64,000 nucleotides of DNA from Spirochaetaceae bacterium. Lineage in GTDB: Bacteria; Spirochaetota; Spirochaetia; DSM-27196; SKKC01. The position numbers and the translations under genes were made by a program. The stretch is taken from positions 42,095 to 106,094 of the forward strand of contig RECN01000086.1 in assembly GCA_007694005.1 (NCBI GenBank), given 5' to 3'. The notes beneath the pieces were generated by a model. It had not been told where the DNA came from, ran no database searches, and saw nothing but the letters and a program-made list of their open reading frames with translations. This document shows, in pieces, positions 43,970 through 54,255 of the stretch. How positions within the stretch are numbered: the first letter of the stretch is position 1; each line of letters opens with the position of its first letter.

Positions 43970-44776
43970 ATGTCGATCGCATTTATCGATTCAGGAGTGG
44001 GAGGGCTTCCGTATGTCCTTACCGCGCGAACATACCTTTCCGGGGAGCAGTTCATTTACGTCGCTGACAATGCATCGTTCCCCTACGGAGACCGAACGCC
44101 CGAGTTCCTGATTGATACCGTTTCGCGCATCACCGAACACCTCATTTCGCGTCACAATCCCCGCGTAATCGTGATCGCCTGCAATACGGCCAGCGTCTTT
44201 GCCCTTCCGGCTTTGCGCGAACGTTTCGATGTGCCCTTTGTTGGTACCGTCCCTGCGATCAAGCCCGCAGCTGCGGTAACCCGCAGTGGTCGTATCGGCA
44301 TCCTTGCAACAAGCCGGACCGTTGGAGCCGCGTACCTCGATCAGCTTGTCGACGTTCACGCGACCGAATGTGTCATAGAGCGGCTTGCCGGAAGTGATCT
44401 CGTTGACTTCGTCGAGTCAGAAGGCCTTTTTGCGTCGGATCAGGAGAAGAGGGCCGCTCTCAGGGGTACGGTCGAACGGCTGTCGACACAGGCGATTGAT
44501 ACACTGGTACTGGGATGTACACATTTTATTTTCCTCAAAGAGCAACTGGAAGCGATGCTCGGACCCGAGATCACCATTGTGGACAGCAGGGACGGAGTTG
44601 CCCGTCGGATCGTTGCACTGGCAGCACAACCCGCTCAGTCTACGGGTTCTGATGCTCCGGAAGACCAGCTGTGGACGACCGGTGAGACAGATCAGTACGA
44701 GGCGATTTCACGGCACTACGGATTCCGCTACATGGGCAGCCTTTCCGGAGACGGGAACGGAGGTGCGGGTGTATGA
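43970..44776 (+). CDS. murI: glutamate racemase
   Basis: Motifs FIDSGVGGL, VIACNTAS and LVLGCTHF (the two catalytic Cys). Confidence 0.93.
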   Translation: MSIAFIDSGVGGLPYVLTARTYLSGEQFIYVADNASFPYGDRTPEFLIDTVSRITEHLISRHNPRVIVIACNTASVFALPALRERFDVPFVGTVPAIKPAAAVTRSGRIGILATSRTVGAAYLDQLVDVHATECVIERLAGSDLVDFVESEGLFASDQEKRAALRGTVERLSTQAIDTLVLGCTHFIFLKEQLEAMLGPEITIVDSRDGVARRIVALAAQPAQSTGSDAPEDQLWTTGETDQYEAISRHYGFRYMGSLSGDGNGGAGV

Positions 44777-47136
44777 ACTCTCGCGCACCAGGCCTGCTTG
44801 AGTTTGAGCAGATACGACAGAGCCTCCTTGACCGTTGTCTGAGTCCGGAAGGACTCGACGGGCTCGCTCGCGCCGGGTTCATGACCGACGCAGCGGAGAT
44901 ATCTAAGCGCTTGCGTCAGGTTGCAGCGTTTCGGGCTTTGATACTCGAACACGAGGAACCCGTTTCCTATCGTTTTCCCGATGTCACAAGTGTTTTCGAT
45001 ACGCTCCGTGTTGAAGGAAACGTGCTCGACGGTGCTTTACTCGTAGACTCGGCTCATTACATTCTCTCCGTTGATCGGATGAAGGCATGGCTTCAGGAAC
45101 ACGACGAAGACGGTGTTCTTTCCGCCTTTTTCGTTTCAACCTTGGTTCCGATCGAAACGGCTCGAAGCATACTGCATGTCCTCGACGATAGCGGGGACGT
45201 CCGTGAAGAACGTGTTCCGGAACTCAAACAGATTCGCACACGTATTCGACAGCTGCAGGGAGAGATCATCAGTCGTGCCCGTGCATATCTGTCGCGATCA
45301 CAGGAGTTCTTTTCGAGTGACGAGCCTGTCAGTAAGGAAGGACGAACGGTTCTGCCGATCAAGATGGATTTCAAGGGGCGCATACCCGGAATCGTTCATG
45401 ACGTGAGCGCGAGCGGGCAGACGGTTTTCGTCGAGCCCTTCGATCTCGTCGAAACGAACAACGAGCTTGCCGAGACACATGCGCGGTACCGAGCCGTCGT
45501 GCAGGCAGTGTACCGCGATCTCACCGCAGGGTTGCGGGCAGTGCGGCAGGAGTTCCTGGACTGCACACGATCGCTTTCGGAGGCAGATCAGGTTCGCGCT
45601 CGAGCGAAGTATTCGGTTGATTACGAGTGCATAGACGTAACAATCGGCTCAACGGTGCGCCTGATACAGGCAAGGCACCCGCTTCTGCCTCGAAAAACCT
45701 GCGTCCCTGTAGATATTCAGTTCGAAGAACCTACGCGCTGTATTATCCTGACCGGTCCGAATACCGGTGGAAAAACGGTCGCTCTGAAGACGCTCGGTTT
45801 ACTGTCGCTCATGCATCAGTTCGGTATGGAACTCCCGGTTGCGCCTGGCAGCGAACTTCCCGTATTCGATGCTGTTTTTGCGGATATCGGTGACGAACAG
45901 AGTATCGAACAGAACCTCTCAACGTTCAGCGGACACATGAAGGCGATTGCCGATGTCGTTCAGTACAGCACCGGGCACAGCCTGGTACTTCTGGATGAAA
46001 TGGGCTCGGGTACCGATCCCCACGAAGGCGGAGCGCTGGGCATGGCCATCCTGGATCATCTGGTCGCAACCGCCTGTTTCAGTATGGTCACAACCCACCA
46101 CGGAGCCCTGAAACGATACGGATACACGCACGAACGAGTTGAGAACGCTTCCATGGAGTTCGACGAGCAGAGCCTCGCACCGACCTATCGGGTTCTCGTA
46201 GGCGTACCGGGAAGCTCCCACGCGCTTTCAATTGCCCGAAAAAGCGGGCTACCCGAAGCCGTTCTTGACGCGGCTCAGGCATACGTCGCCGATGGGTCGG
46301 GCGATGTTGCCGCACTCCTCCGATCTCTCGAGCAGACTCAGCAGGTTCTTGAGAATGAACGCAGAGAGCTCACCGCCGAGGTCAGGCGGCTTCAGAAGCG
46401 GGAGACAGACCTCGAGGAGACGGCACGAGTACTCGAGCGCGAACGCAACGAGCTCAAGGAAGGGCGCCTGAAAGAGCTCGACCGCTTTGCCGCCGAGGCC
46501 CGCAGAACTCTCGAAAACCTCGTGCGTGAGGTTCGAGAAGGCGAGATAAGCCGTGAGACAACACGGCGCATCAAGGAGTTCAACCGGGAGACACAGGAAG
46601 CGATCGATGTACAACGCAAAAGCCTGCCGGTTACGACAGCGAGGCGAAGGCCTGAAAAGCAGCGCACAGACGCCCATCTGTCGGCGAGGCCTGTGCTCAA
46701 GCCGGGAGTACGTGTTCGCGTAGAACCGGGGTCGATTACCGGGACCATCGAGCGAAAAGGTAAAAAAGACACCTGGCTCGTAGCGACCGAAACGGTCCGC
46801 ATGACTGTCCCCGAGGAACGGCTGCACCCGGTTGACGAGTCCGCTCTTTCGGAGTCGCGGGTTGTAATCCGAACTGAGACCGCGAGTTCTCCCGGTGTCT
46901 TCGAGCTCGATATACGCGGTGAACGTCTCGCGGACGCTCTCGACAGACTCGAACGTCAGATAGACAGTTGCCTTGCTTCGGGTCGAACCTACTTCACGAT
47001 TCTGCACGGAACCGGGGAGGGGGTGCTGCAGAAGGGCGTTCGGGAACTGCTGGGTAAACGAAGCGAGGTTTCGCATTATGAGTACGCACGGCCTGAGGAC
47101 GGCGGATCGGGTAAAACGCTGGTTACGCTACGGTGA
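44773..47136 (+). CDS. mutS2: endonuclease MutS2
   Basis: Walker A LTGPNTGGKTV, LLDEMGSGTDP, a long coiled coil, and a C-terminal Smr domain (LDIRGERLADAL...HGTGEGVLQKGVRELL). An ATGA overlap joins it to murI. Confidence 0.93.
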   Translation: MNSRAPGLLEFEQIRQSLLDRCLSPEGLDGLARAGFMTDAAEISKRLRQVAAFRALILEHEEPVSYRFPDVTSVFDTLRVEGNVLDGALLVDSAHYILSVDRMKAWLQEHDEDGVLSAFFVSTLVPIETARSILHVLDDSGDVREERVPELKQIRTRIRQLQGEIISRARAYLSRSQEFFSSDEPVSKEGRTVLPIKMDFKGRIPGIVHDVSASGQTVFVEPFDLVETNNELAETHARYRAVVQAVYRDLTAGLRAVRQEFLDCTRSLSEADQVRARAKYSVDYECIDVTIGSTVRLIQARHPLLPRKTCVPVDIQFEEPTRCIILTGPNTGGKTVALKTLGLLSLMHQFGMELPVAPGSELPVFDAVFADIGDEQSIEQNLSTFSGHMKAIADVVQYSTGHSLVLLDEMGSGTDPHEGGALGMAILDHLVATACFSMVTTHHGALKRYGYTHERVENASMEFDEQSLAPTYRVLVGVPGSSHALSIARKSGLPEAVLDAAQAYVADGSGDVAALLRSLEQTQQVLENERRELTAEVRRLQKRETDLEETARVLERERNELKEGRLKELDRFAAEARRTLENLVREVREGEISRETTRRIKEFNRETQEAIDVQRKSLPVTTARRRPEKQRTDAHLSARPVLKPGVRVRVEPGSITGTIERKGKKDTWLVATETVRMTVPEERLHPVDESALSESRVVIRTETASSPGVFELDIRGERLADALDRLERQIDSCLASGRTYFTILHGTGEGVLQKGVRELLGKRSEVSHYEYARPEDGGSGKTLVTLR

Positions 47137-47206
47137 TCGTGTTTTCGGTCTACCGCATCCTTCGCGTCTGAAATAAAGAATCGTTTTCCGCTTGAACTGA
47201 AATAGC

Positions 47207-47248
47207 TGTCCGGTTACACTGCTTGCATTCTGATGTAACAGTTTTTTT
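47207..47248 (+). terminator. weak terminator-like hairpin after mutS2
   Basis: CTG-(bulge)-TTACA at 47207-47218 pairs with TGTAACAG at 47234-47241. T7 follows at 47242-47248. Confidence 0.4.
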
Positions 47249-47337
47249 CTCACCGTACGGTCGACCGCCAGGCCGGTAAGAGTGGGTCAGCACTGCTGGT
47301 TTTCAGTTGAACCGTATATTTTTGCCAAGAGGTGTCC

Positions 47338-47952
47338 ATGGACGCACAATTGAAGGAACTGATCGAAACGATCAAAACCGAAGGGGTCGAAACTGCTGAA
47401 GCCCGGGCGCAGGAAATCGTCGATGCAGCGCAGAAACGTGCAGATGATATCGTGCACGCCGCGAAGCAGGAAGCCGACGAAATCCGGAAACACGCTCAGG
47501 ACGAAGCGCGGAAGTCCCAGCGCAGCGGTGAAGCAGCTCTCAAGCAGGCTGCGCGCGATCTGATTCTCAGTGTGCGCAATCGCCTGCTGAAGATCTTCGA
47601 GCACGTGGTCGTGGATAATGTCGACCATGCGTATACCGAAAGTGTTCTATCCGAGGCGATCGTCGCGTCGGTGAAAAGCTTCGCAGAAAAAGGCGAGACA
47701 ACACTTGATATACTTGTCTCCGAAAAGTCGGTGGCAGCGATCGAGTCTGCAATGCGTAAAGAGCTCACCGAACGCCTCAAGACCGGTGTGCAGATATCCG
47801 GTTCGGCTTCGGTTAAAAACGGATTCCGCGTATCAGAGGAGAACGGCTCGGTGTACTATGACTTCACGGCGGAAGGGGTGGCTGAAGCGCTCAGCGCCCA
47901 CCTTACACCGAGACTTCAGACTATCATCCAGAATGCAGACCTTACGGAGTAA
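47338..47952 (+). CDS. V-type ATP synthase subunit E
   Basis: N-terminal charged coiled coil (LKELIETIKTEGVETAEARAQEIVDAAQKRADDIV...) typical of V/A-ATPase E. AAGAGG lies 5 nt before ATG 47338. It is the first gene of the V-ATPase operon. Confidence 0.8.
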   Translation: MDAQLKELIETIKTEGVETAEARAQEIVDAAQKRADDIVHAAKQEADEIRKHAQDEARKSQRSGEAALKQAARDLILSVRNRLLKIFEHVVVDNVDHAYTESVLSEAIVASVKSFAEKGETTLDILVSEKSVAAIESAMRKELTERLKTGVQISGSASVKNGFRVSEENGSVYYDFTAEGVAEALSAHLTPRLQTIIQNADLTE

Positions 47953-47958
47953 CGAGCC

Positions 47959-48603
47959 TTGGCACAGTATTACTACGCCGTAGCTGCATTGCCGGGGGTC
48001 TCGCTTGATTCGGAGCCCCCGTGGACAATCGAAGGATTTCTTGAGTTTACTCGCGAACAACTGACTCCGACCGACTACCAGACGCTTCGAAGCGCATCGC
48101 TCGAGCCTGCTGAGGTAGTCGAGGAACTCGAACCGCTTCGTAACGGCACCGAAAGCGCACATACCCCCGCGGGTGATAGTGACGAGTCAGACGGGAATGC
48201 GGATGCAGTAGCCGGGTCCGGCGCGGCTCTGCACTGGCACCGATTCGAGACTAATCTTAGAAATGCGCTGATCCGGGTCCGGACTGAAGATCCGAATCGG
48301 CAGAACGCATACCTTCGATCGTCCGATCATATCGAAGACAGTTATGTTCATGAGATTGCCCGTGAAGCACACGCTGCGGCGAACCCTCTGGATGCAGAAC
48401 ACGTCCTCGACCGGGCGCGGTATAGATTCCTGGATGAACTTGAGGTAGGACATTTTTTCGATATCGACAGGCTTGTGGTGTATTACCTCAAGCTTCAGCT
48501 TGTGACCCGGCGCGCACTGCAGACCGTAGAAAACGGACGCAGCGTATTCGAGAAACGATATGATTCGGTTCTCGATCAAATGGGTGCAATACAAAATCTG
48601 TAA
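47959..48603 (+). CDS. DUF2764 family protein (V-ATPase operon-associated)
   Basis: N-terminus MAQYYYAVAALPGVSLDSEPP and its position between the E and A subunits match the conserved hypothetical gene of spirochaete, chlamydial and Bacteroidetes V-ATPase operons. TTG start. Confidence 0.7.
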   Translation: MAQYYYAVAALPGVSLDSEPPWTIEGFLEFTREQLTPTDYQTLRSASLEPAEVVEELEPLRNGTESAHTPAGDSDESDGNADAVAGSGAALHWHRFETNLRNALIRVRTEDPNRQNAYLRSSDHIEDSYVHEIAREAHAAANPLDAEHVLDRARYRFLDELEVGHFFDIDRLVVYYLKLQLVTRRALQTVENGRSVFEKRYDSVLDQMGAIQNL

Positions 48604-48672
48604 GGCCCTGCCCAGGAAAGAGTGCACCGGAAACGGGCGTGAACAGGTGTGGGGAACCGGAGTAGCAGTACA

Positions 48673-50454
48673 ATGACCAAAACAACAGGCACAGTATTTG
48701 GAGTAAACGGGAACATGGTCACCGTCGACGTTGAGGGTGACGTTTCCCTGAACGAGGTCGGATACATCAATGTTGGAGATCAGAAGCTGAAGAGCGAAGT
48801 TATTCGCATTCGTGGTAAACAGGCGGAAATGCAGGTCTTTGAACAGACTGGTGGCATTGGCGTCGGAGACACCGTCGAGTTCAGCGGTGAGATGCTGGCA
48901 GTCGAGCTTGGCCCCGGTCTGCTCGGGCAGGTGTACGACGGCCTCCAGAATCCCCTGCCGCAGCTTGCAGAACAGGCTGGGTTTTTCCTCAAACGAGGCC
49001 TTTACCTCGACGCGATCGACAAAGAACGATCGTGGGAGTTTACCCCGAAACTTGAAGCCGGGGCGACGGTGAGCGCAGGGGATACGATCGGAACCGTTCC
49101 CGAAGGGATTTTCGATCACCGCATCATGGTCCCGTTCAATATATCGGGCGAATGGACCATCAAAAAGCTTGCACCAAAAGGCAGTTACAAGGTCGCTGAT
49201 ACGATCTGCCAGATCGAAGACGAGAAAGGCACGACACAGGATCTCAACATGATTTTCGAGTGGCCGGTCAAACGGGCCATCTCGCTCTTTGAAGAACGTT
49301 ACAAGCCGACTGAGCCGATGGTCACGAAAGTCCGCATGATCGACACCTTCTTTCCGGTAGCCCGGGGTGGTACTTACTGCATACCAGGCCCCTTCGGAGC
49401 AGGAAAGACAGTCCTGCAGCAGATTACCAGCAGGCACGCCGAAGTTGACATCGTTATCGTCGCTGCCTGTGGGGAACGCGCAGGAGAAGTTGTTGAGACC
49501 CTGCAGGAGTTCCCCGAGCTGACCGACCCGAGAACCGGTCGCACACTCATGGAGCGCACGGTTATCATCTGTAATACAAGTTCCATGCCGGTTGCCTCGC
49601 GCGAAGCATCGGTCTACACGGCGGTCACGATCGCTGAGTACTACCGTCAGATGGGTCTGAACGTACTTCTTCTCGCCGATTCAACGAGCCGGTGGGCGCA
49701 GGCGATGCGTGAAATGTCAGGGCGCCTTGAGGAAATTCCCGGTGAAGAAGCGTTTCCGGCATACCTCGAAAGCGTCATTGCATCCTTCTACGAGCGCGCC
49801 GGCGTCGTTCGCCTCAAAGACGGTTCGTTCGGTTCGGTTACCATAGGTGGCACGGTAAGTCCTGCCGGTGGAAACTTTGAAGAACCGGTCACTCAGGCAA
49901 CGCTTAAGGTTGTCGGTGCCTTCCACGGACTCTCCCGCGAACGATCCGATGCGAGAAAATACCCCGCGATACACCCGCTCGAAAGCTGGAGTAAATACCC
50001 GAGCGCGATTAACGATGAGCTGGTTGCGTATTGTCGGGACATTCTCCTGCGGGGAAACGAAGTCAGTCAGATGATGAAGGTCGTCGGTGAAGAAGGAACA
50101 AGTCTTGAAGACTTCGTGCTGTATCAGAAGAGCGAATTTCTCGACAGCGCGTATATGCAGCAAAACAGTTTCGATCCAGTCGATGGCTCGGTGACGATAG
50201 AGCGACAGCGCCATATTTTCCGGATTCTCTTCGATGTGCTCGCCTCCGAGTTTGATCTGCACGATAAGGACAACGCCCGGAGTTACTTCAATCAACTGCG
50301 ACAGATATACCTGGATTACAACACATCAGAGTGGGAAAGCGACGCCTTCAAGTCTCGAGAAGCTGAACTGGTCAAACTCATCGATGAGAAACGAACCGGC
50401 TATGATTCCACGGCGGAAGATATTCGCAATCGTGTCGGCAGTACTGTAGGCTGA
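48673..50454 (+). CDS. atpA: V-type ATP synthase subunit A (catalytic)
   Basis: Walker A GPFGAGKTV, the non-homologous insert region typical of V/A-type A subunits, and LLADSTSRWAQAMRE. ATG 48673 is preferred over GTG 48649. Confidence 0.95.
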   Translation: MTKTTGTVFGVNGNMVTVDVEGDVSLNEVGYINVGDQKLKSEVIRIRGKQAEMQVFEQTGGIGVGDTVEFSGEMLAVELGPGLLGQVYDGLQNPLPQLAEQAGFFLKRGLYLDAIDKERSWEFTPKLEAGATVSAGDTIGTVPEGIFDHRIMVPFNISGEWTIKKLAPKGSYKVADTICQIEDEKGTTQDLNMIFEWPVKRAISLFEERYKPTEPMVTKVRMIDTFFPVARGGTYCIPGPFGAGKTVLQQITSRHAEVDIVIVAACGERAGEVVETLQEFPELTDPRTGRTLMERTVIICNTSSMPVASREASVYTAVTIAEYYRQMGLNVLLLADSTSRWAQAMREMSGRLEEIPGEEAFPAYLESVIASFYERAGVVRLKDGSFGSVTIGGTVSPAGGNFEEPVTQATLKVVGAFHGLSRERSDARKYPAIHPLESWSKYPSAINDELVAYCRDILLRGNEVSQMMKVVGEEGTSLEDFVLYQKSEFLDSAYMQQNSFDPVDGSVTIERQRHIFRILFDVLASEFDLHDKDNARSYFNQLRQIYLDYNTSEWESDAFKSREAELVKLIDEKRTGYDSTAEDIRNRVGSTVG

Positions 50455-50476
50455 TTAGGAAAGGACACCTGTAACT

Positions 50477-51799
50477 ATGAAGAAGATCTATTCAAGAATA
50501 GAAGAAATCGCGGGCAACGTTATTACGGTGACTGCCGAAGACGTGAGATACAGTGAGCTGGCTCTCGTAACGAGCGGCCACGGAAAAAGCCTTGCTGAAG
50601 TTATCCGCCTTCGGGGCAACAAGGTCAGCCTTCAGGTGTACTCTGGTGGTCGGGGTATTTCTACCGGCGACGAAGTACAGTTCCTCGGCAGGCCCATGCA
50701 GGTGAGTTTTTCGGATAACCTGCTCGGACGGATTTTTGACGGGAGCGGCCGACCGCGAGACAAAGGCCCGACGCTCGAAGAGAACCTCATCGAGATTGGA
50801 GGACCTTCGGTTAATCCGAGTAAGCGGATCATTCCCCGGAACATGATCAGAACGGGTATTCCCATGATTGACCTGTTCAATACGCTTGTCGAAAGTCAGA
50901 AACTTCCTATCTTTAGTGTGTCGGGTGAGCCATACAATGAGCTGCTTTCTCGAATTGCCATGCAGGCCGAGGTCGATCTGATTATCCTCGGTGGTATGGG
51001 ACTGAAGTACGACGATTTCCTGTTCTTTCGTGATACCCTGGAAAAGGGTGGAGCCATGGATCGCACGATCTTCTTTGTGCACACCGCGAGTGACCCTGTC
51101 GTCGAGTGCCTGATGGTACCGGACATTTCTCTCGCCGTCGCAGAGAAGTTTGCGCTTCAGGGAAAGCGCGTTCTGGTTCTTCTCACCGACATGACGAACT
51201 TTGCAGACAGTCTCAAAGAAATAGCGATAACCATGGAGCAGGTACCTTCAAACCGTGGATATCCCGGAGACCTTTACAGTCAGCTGGCGGCCCGTTACGA
51301 AAAAGCGGTCGACTTTGAGGGAGCCGGTTCGATCACGACTCTCGGAGTAACGACAATGCCCGGTGACGACGTGACGCATCCGGTACCAGACAACACCGGT
51401 TATATCACCGAAGGGCAGTACTACCTGCGCGGCGGACGCATCGAACCGTTCGGATCCTTGAGCCGACTCAAGCAGATGGTGAACGATACGACCCGTGCCG
51501 ATCATCGAGGTCTCATGGACGGGATGATCCGGCTTTACGCGAATTACAAGGAAAGCGTCGAGAAAAAGTCGATGGGTTTTCGCATGAGCGAGTGGGACCA
51601 GAAGCTTCTTCGCTACGGAGCGTTCTTCGAAGCGAAAATGATGGACCTTACCGTAAATATTCCGCTGGAAGAAGCGCTGGATCTTGGTTGGGAAATACTC
51701 GCCGAGTGTTTCCAGTCCGATGAAACCGGGCTGCAGTCCAAACTCCTTGACCAGTTCTGGCCCAGGAAGAGCACACGAGACGAGCAGGAGACCGCGTAG
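50477..51799 (+). CDS. atpB: V-type ATP synthase subunit B
   Basis: V/A-type B subunit strings [16 protein letters not shown] and ITEGQYYL, with a length of 440 aa. Confidence 0.95.
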   Translation: MKKIYSRIEEIAGNVITVTAEDVRYSELALVTSGHGKSLAEVIRLRGNKVSLQVYSGGRGISTGDEVQFLGRPMQVSFSDNLLGRIFDGSGRPRDKGPTLEENLIEIGGPSVNPSKRIIPRNMIRTGIPMIDLFNTLVESQKLPIFSVSGEPYNELLSRIAMQAEVDLIILGGMGLKYDDFLFFRDTLEKGGAMDRTIFFVHTASDPVVECLMVPDISLAVAEKFALQGKRVLVLLTDMTNFADSLKEIAITMEQVPSNRGYPGDLYSQLAARYEKAVDFEGAGSITTLGVTTMPGDDVTHPVPDNTGYITEGQYYLRGGRIEPFGSLSRLKQMVNDTTRADHRGLMDGMIRLYANYKESVEKKSMGFRMSEWDQKLLRYGAFFEAKMMDLTVNIPLEEALDLGWEILAECFQSDETGLQSKLLDQFWPRKSTRDEQETA

Positions 51800-51802
51800 C
51801 AT

Positions 51803-52405
51803 ATGGCTCAGGTAAAGCTCACCAAAAATGAGCTGAAGAACCAGAAAGACCAACTCAAACGATTCGAGCGTTATCTGCCGACCCTGCAGCTCAAAAAGCA
51901 GCAGTTGCAGATGGTTATTCGTCAGGTTGAAGCACAGAAGCGAGAGGTCGATCGTCGTCGATCGTCCATAGCAGACGATCTTAACGCCTGGATATCGGTT
52001 TTTTCCGACGATATCCGCCTTGATACGCTTCTTACCGTGGAACGTTTTGTTACCGACTCCGGAAATATAGCAGGAATCGACATTCCTGTTTTTGTGGAGC
52101 TTGAGTTTAACGTCAGCGACTACGACCTGTACGTCTATCCGCTCTGGGTAGACAGAGGCATAGACGCACTAAAGAAGATCCTTACCTGTGATGCCGAACT
52201 TCGCGTCCTGGACCGACAACTCGAAATACTCGCCGAGGAGCTTCGTATTACTTCTCAACGAGTCAATCTCTTCGAGAAAGTCAAGATTCCCGAGACGCGG
52301 AACAACATTCGCACGATACGAATCTACCTCGGCGACCAGCAGACAGCTGAGGTCGTCCGCGGAAAGATTTCGAAGAACAAGATCACGCGGGGAGCGAGCG
52401 AATGA
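51803..52405 (+). CDS. atpD: V-type ATP synthase subunit D
   Basis: N-terminus KLTKNELKNQKDQLKRFERYLPTLQLKKQQL and C-terminal helix VNLFEKVKIPE, both typical of the V-type D central stalk subunit. Confidence 0.9.
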   Translation: MAQVKLTKNELKNQKDQLKRFERYLPTLQLKKQQLQMVIRQVEAQKREVDRRRSSIADDLNAWISVFSDDIRLDTLLTVERFVTDSGNIAGIDIPVFVELEFNVSDYDLYVYPLWVDRGIDALKKILTCDAELRVLDRQLEILAEELRITSQRVNLFEKVKIPETRNNIRTIRIYLGDQQTAEVVRGKISKNKITRGASE

Positions 52406-54234
52406 TTGTTCCAATGAAGAAGGTCTATGTTCTGACCCTGGAATCGCGATTGGACAGAACCGTCGAAGAGCTCGGCGGAATCGGCGTCCTGCACGTGCAT
52501 ACCGAACAGAGCCGTAAACCGTCCCTGAGCTCGGACATCAGTCACAAACTCGACAGAATACAGCGGGCGATCAGACTTCTCGCCGATGAGCCGCTTGATT
52601 ACCACGACATTCCGCAAAATCTTCAGAGCGATGGCGGGAACGTGGATGCATCGGCTGTCGCTTCGCGCCTGTTAGAACTCGACGAACGTCTCGCGTTTCT
52701 CCAGGATACCCGAGATCAGCTCGAAGAAGAGAAACACCGGATCGAACCGTGGGAGAACGCCAACCCGGAGCTCCTCAGGGAGCTCGATGACTCTGATTGC
52801 CGCGTATATCTCTACAGACTTTCGCCCGACCGCTACGCGCGCTTTGGCGGTGAAGGTACGCGCTTCGTCGTTCGCCAGGAGAAGACCTTCGTTCACGTCC
52901 TGCTCGTGCAACGCGGAGACGAGCAGCCACCCGCAGGTTACTACCCGCGCCCCGAAAAAACACTCGACGAAGTCGCACGGTCAATAGAGCAGACCGAACA
53001 TGAAATGAGCGCTATACGGGAAGAGGTGCGAATGCTTTCCTCTTTTTCCCGGACGCTTGTCGACGAACAGGAACGACTCCTGGCGGAACAGGAATATCTT
53101 CTTGTCCGTGCTACGATGCAGGAGGACGGCTCAGTACGGTACATTACCGGATGGGTGCCTGAGGACACCGTTTCGACGGTCCGAAAAGCGGCATCAGAAC
53201 ATGGCTGGGGACTCCTGATACAGGAACCCGATTCGGACGATGCCGTCCCGGTTCATATCCGCAGAAAAGGTGTCTCCCGGCTGATTGCGCCAGTCTTTGA
53301 TCTGATCAAGACGGTGCCTGGCTACCACGAGCGCGACATCAGTTTTCCGTTTCTCGTGTTCTTTACCGTATTCTTTGCAATGATCATCAGTGATGCCGGG
53401 TATGGGTTGCTGCTTTTTACTACGGCGATCGTACTGACGGTGAGTTTCAGGAAAAAGGGGAAACCGGTCGGGCCTCCGATACTTTTACTGTATGTCCTGA
53501 GCCTCGCGACGGTGTTCTGGGGTTCCGTGACGGGCGTGTGGTTCGGTTACGAGCCACTTTCCGAAACAGCGTTTCTGGGGGCGCTCGTCATACCGGCACT
53601 GAACAACTTTGAAGCGGTGAGCACCGAGAATCTGCTTTTTATCTGTTTTACACTGGCCGCGATGCAGCTCTCGGTCGCGCACCTGTGGAACACGATAGAC
53701 GAGTTGCGAGGTTCCCACAAACTGAAGGCCCTTGGAGAACTCGGCTGGCTATCCGTGGTACTGGCAGTCTACAACCTTGTGCTGAATCTTGTTGTGAATG
53801 AAGAGGTATATCCACTTCTGGATGCGACGCCGATTGCTGCAGGGGTGGGCGTCGTCGCCGTGATTCTCTTCTCGAATCAGGAAGGAAACTTCTTCAAAGG
53901 TATTGCGAAGGGTCTCTCGGTACCAAATCTGATTCAGACTGCACTCAGCAGTATTAATGCCTTTGCCGATACGGTCAGCTACATACGTCTGTTTGCCGTA
54001 GGGCTTGCAAGTGTCGAAATAGCGATTGCAGCAAATGAACTGGCAATTGGGACGGGTAATCCCGTCGCAATGATTATAATTCTGTTAATTGGACATTCGC
54101 TGAATGTTGCGATGGGAGGGATGTCGGTTCTGGTTCACGGAATACGGCTAAACATGCTCGAGTTCTCAGGTCATCTCGGAATGGAATGGTCAGGAAGCGA
54201 GTATAAACCTTTTCAATACGTTCGGCAGTCATAG
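52402..54234 (+). CDS. V-type ATP synthase subunit I (a-subunit homologue)
   Basis: A 610-aa protein with a soluble N-terminal half and a polytopic C-terminal half. It carries the conserved Arg-containing helix DTVSYIRLFAVGLASV. Confidence 0.88.
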   Translation: MIVPMKKVYVLTLESRLDRTVEELGGIGVLHVHTEQSRKPSLSSDISHKLDRIQRAIRLLADEPLDYHDIPQNLQSDGGNVDASAVASRLLELDERLAFLQDTRDQLEEEKHRIEPWENANPELLRELDDSDCRVYLYRLSPDRYARFGGEGTRFVVRQEKTFVHVLLVQRGDEQPPAGYYPRPEKTLDEVARSIEQTEHEMSAIREEVRMLSSFSRTLVDEQERLLAEQEYLLVRATMQEDGSVRYITGWVPEDTVSTVRKAASEHGWGLLIQEPDSDDAVPVHIRRKGVSRLIAPVFDLIKTVPGYHERDISFPFLVFFTVFFAMIISDAGYGLLLFTTAIVLTVSFRKKGKPVGPPILLLYVLSLATVFWGSVTGVWFGYEPLSETAFLGALVIPALNNFEAVSTENLLFICFTLAAMQLSVAHLWNTIDELRGSHKLKALGELGWLSVVLAVYNLVLNLVVNEEVYPLLDATPIAAGVGVVAVILFSNQEGNFFKGIAKGLSVPNLIQTALSSINAFADTVSYIRLFAVGLASVEIAIAANELAIGTGNPVAMIIILLIGHSLNVAMGGMSVLVHGIRLNMLEFSGHLGMEWSGSEYKPFQYVRQS

Positions 54235-54255
54235 AGCAAGAAGGAGTACATATAT

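Noticed and set aside
48187-49437. 416-aa ORF antisense to the DUF2764 gene and V-ATPase subunit A
   Set aside because: The opposite strand encodes the unmistakable catalytic A subunit (Walker A GPFGAGKTV). The antisense translation has no motif and no plausible start context, so it is a shadow frame.
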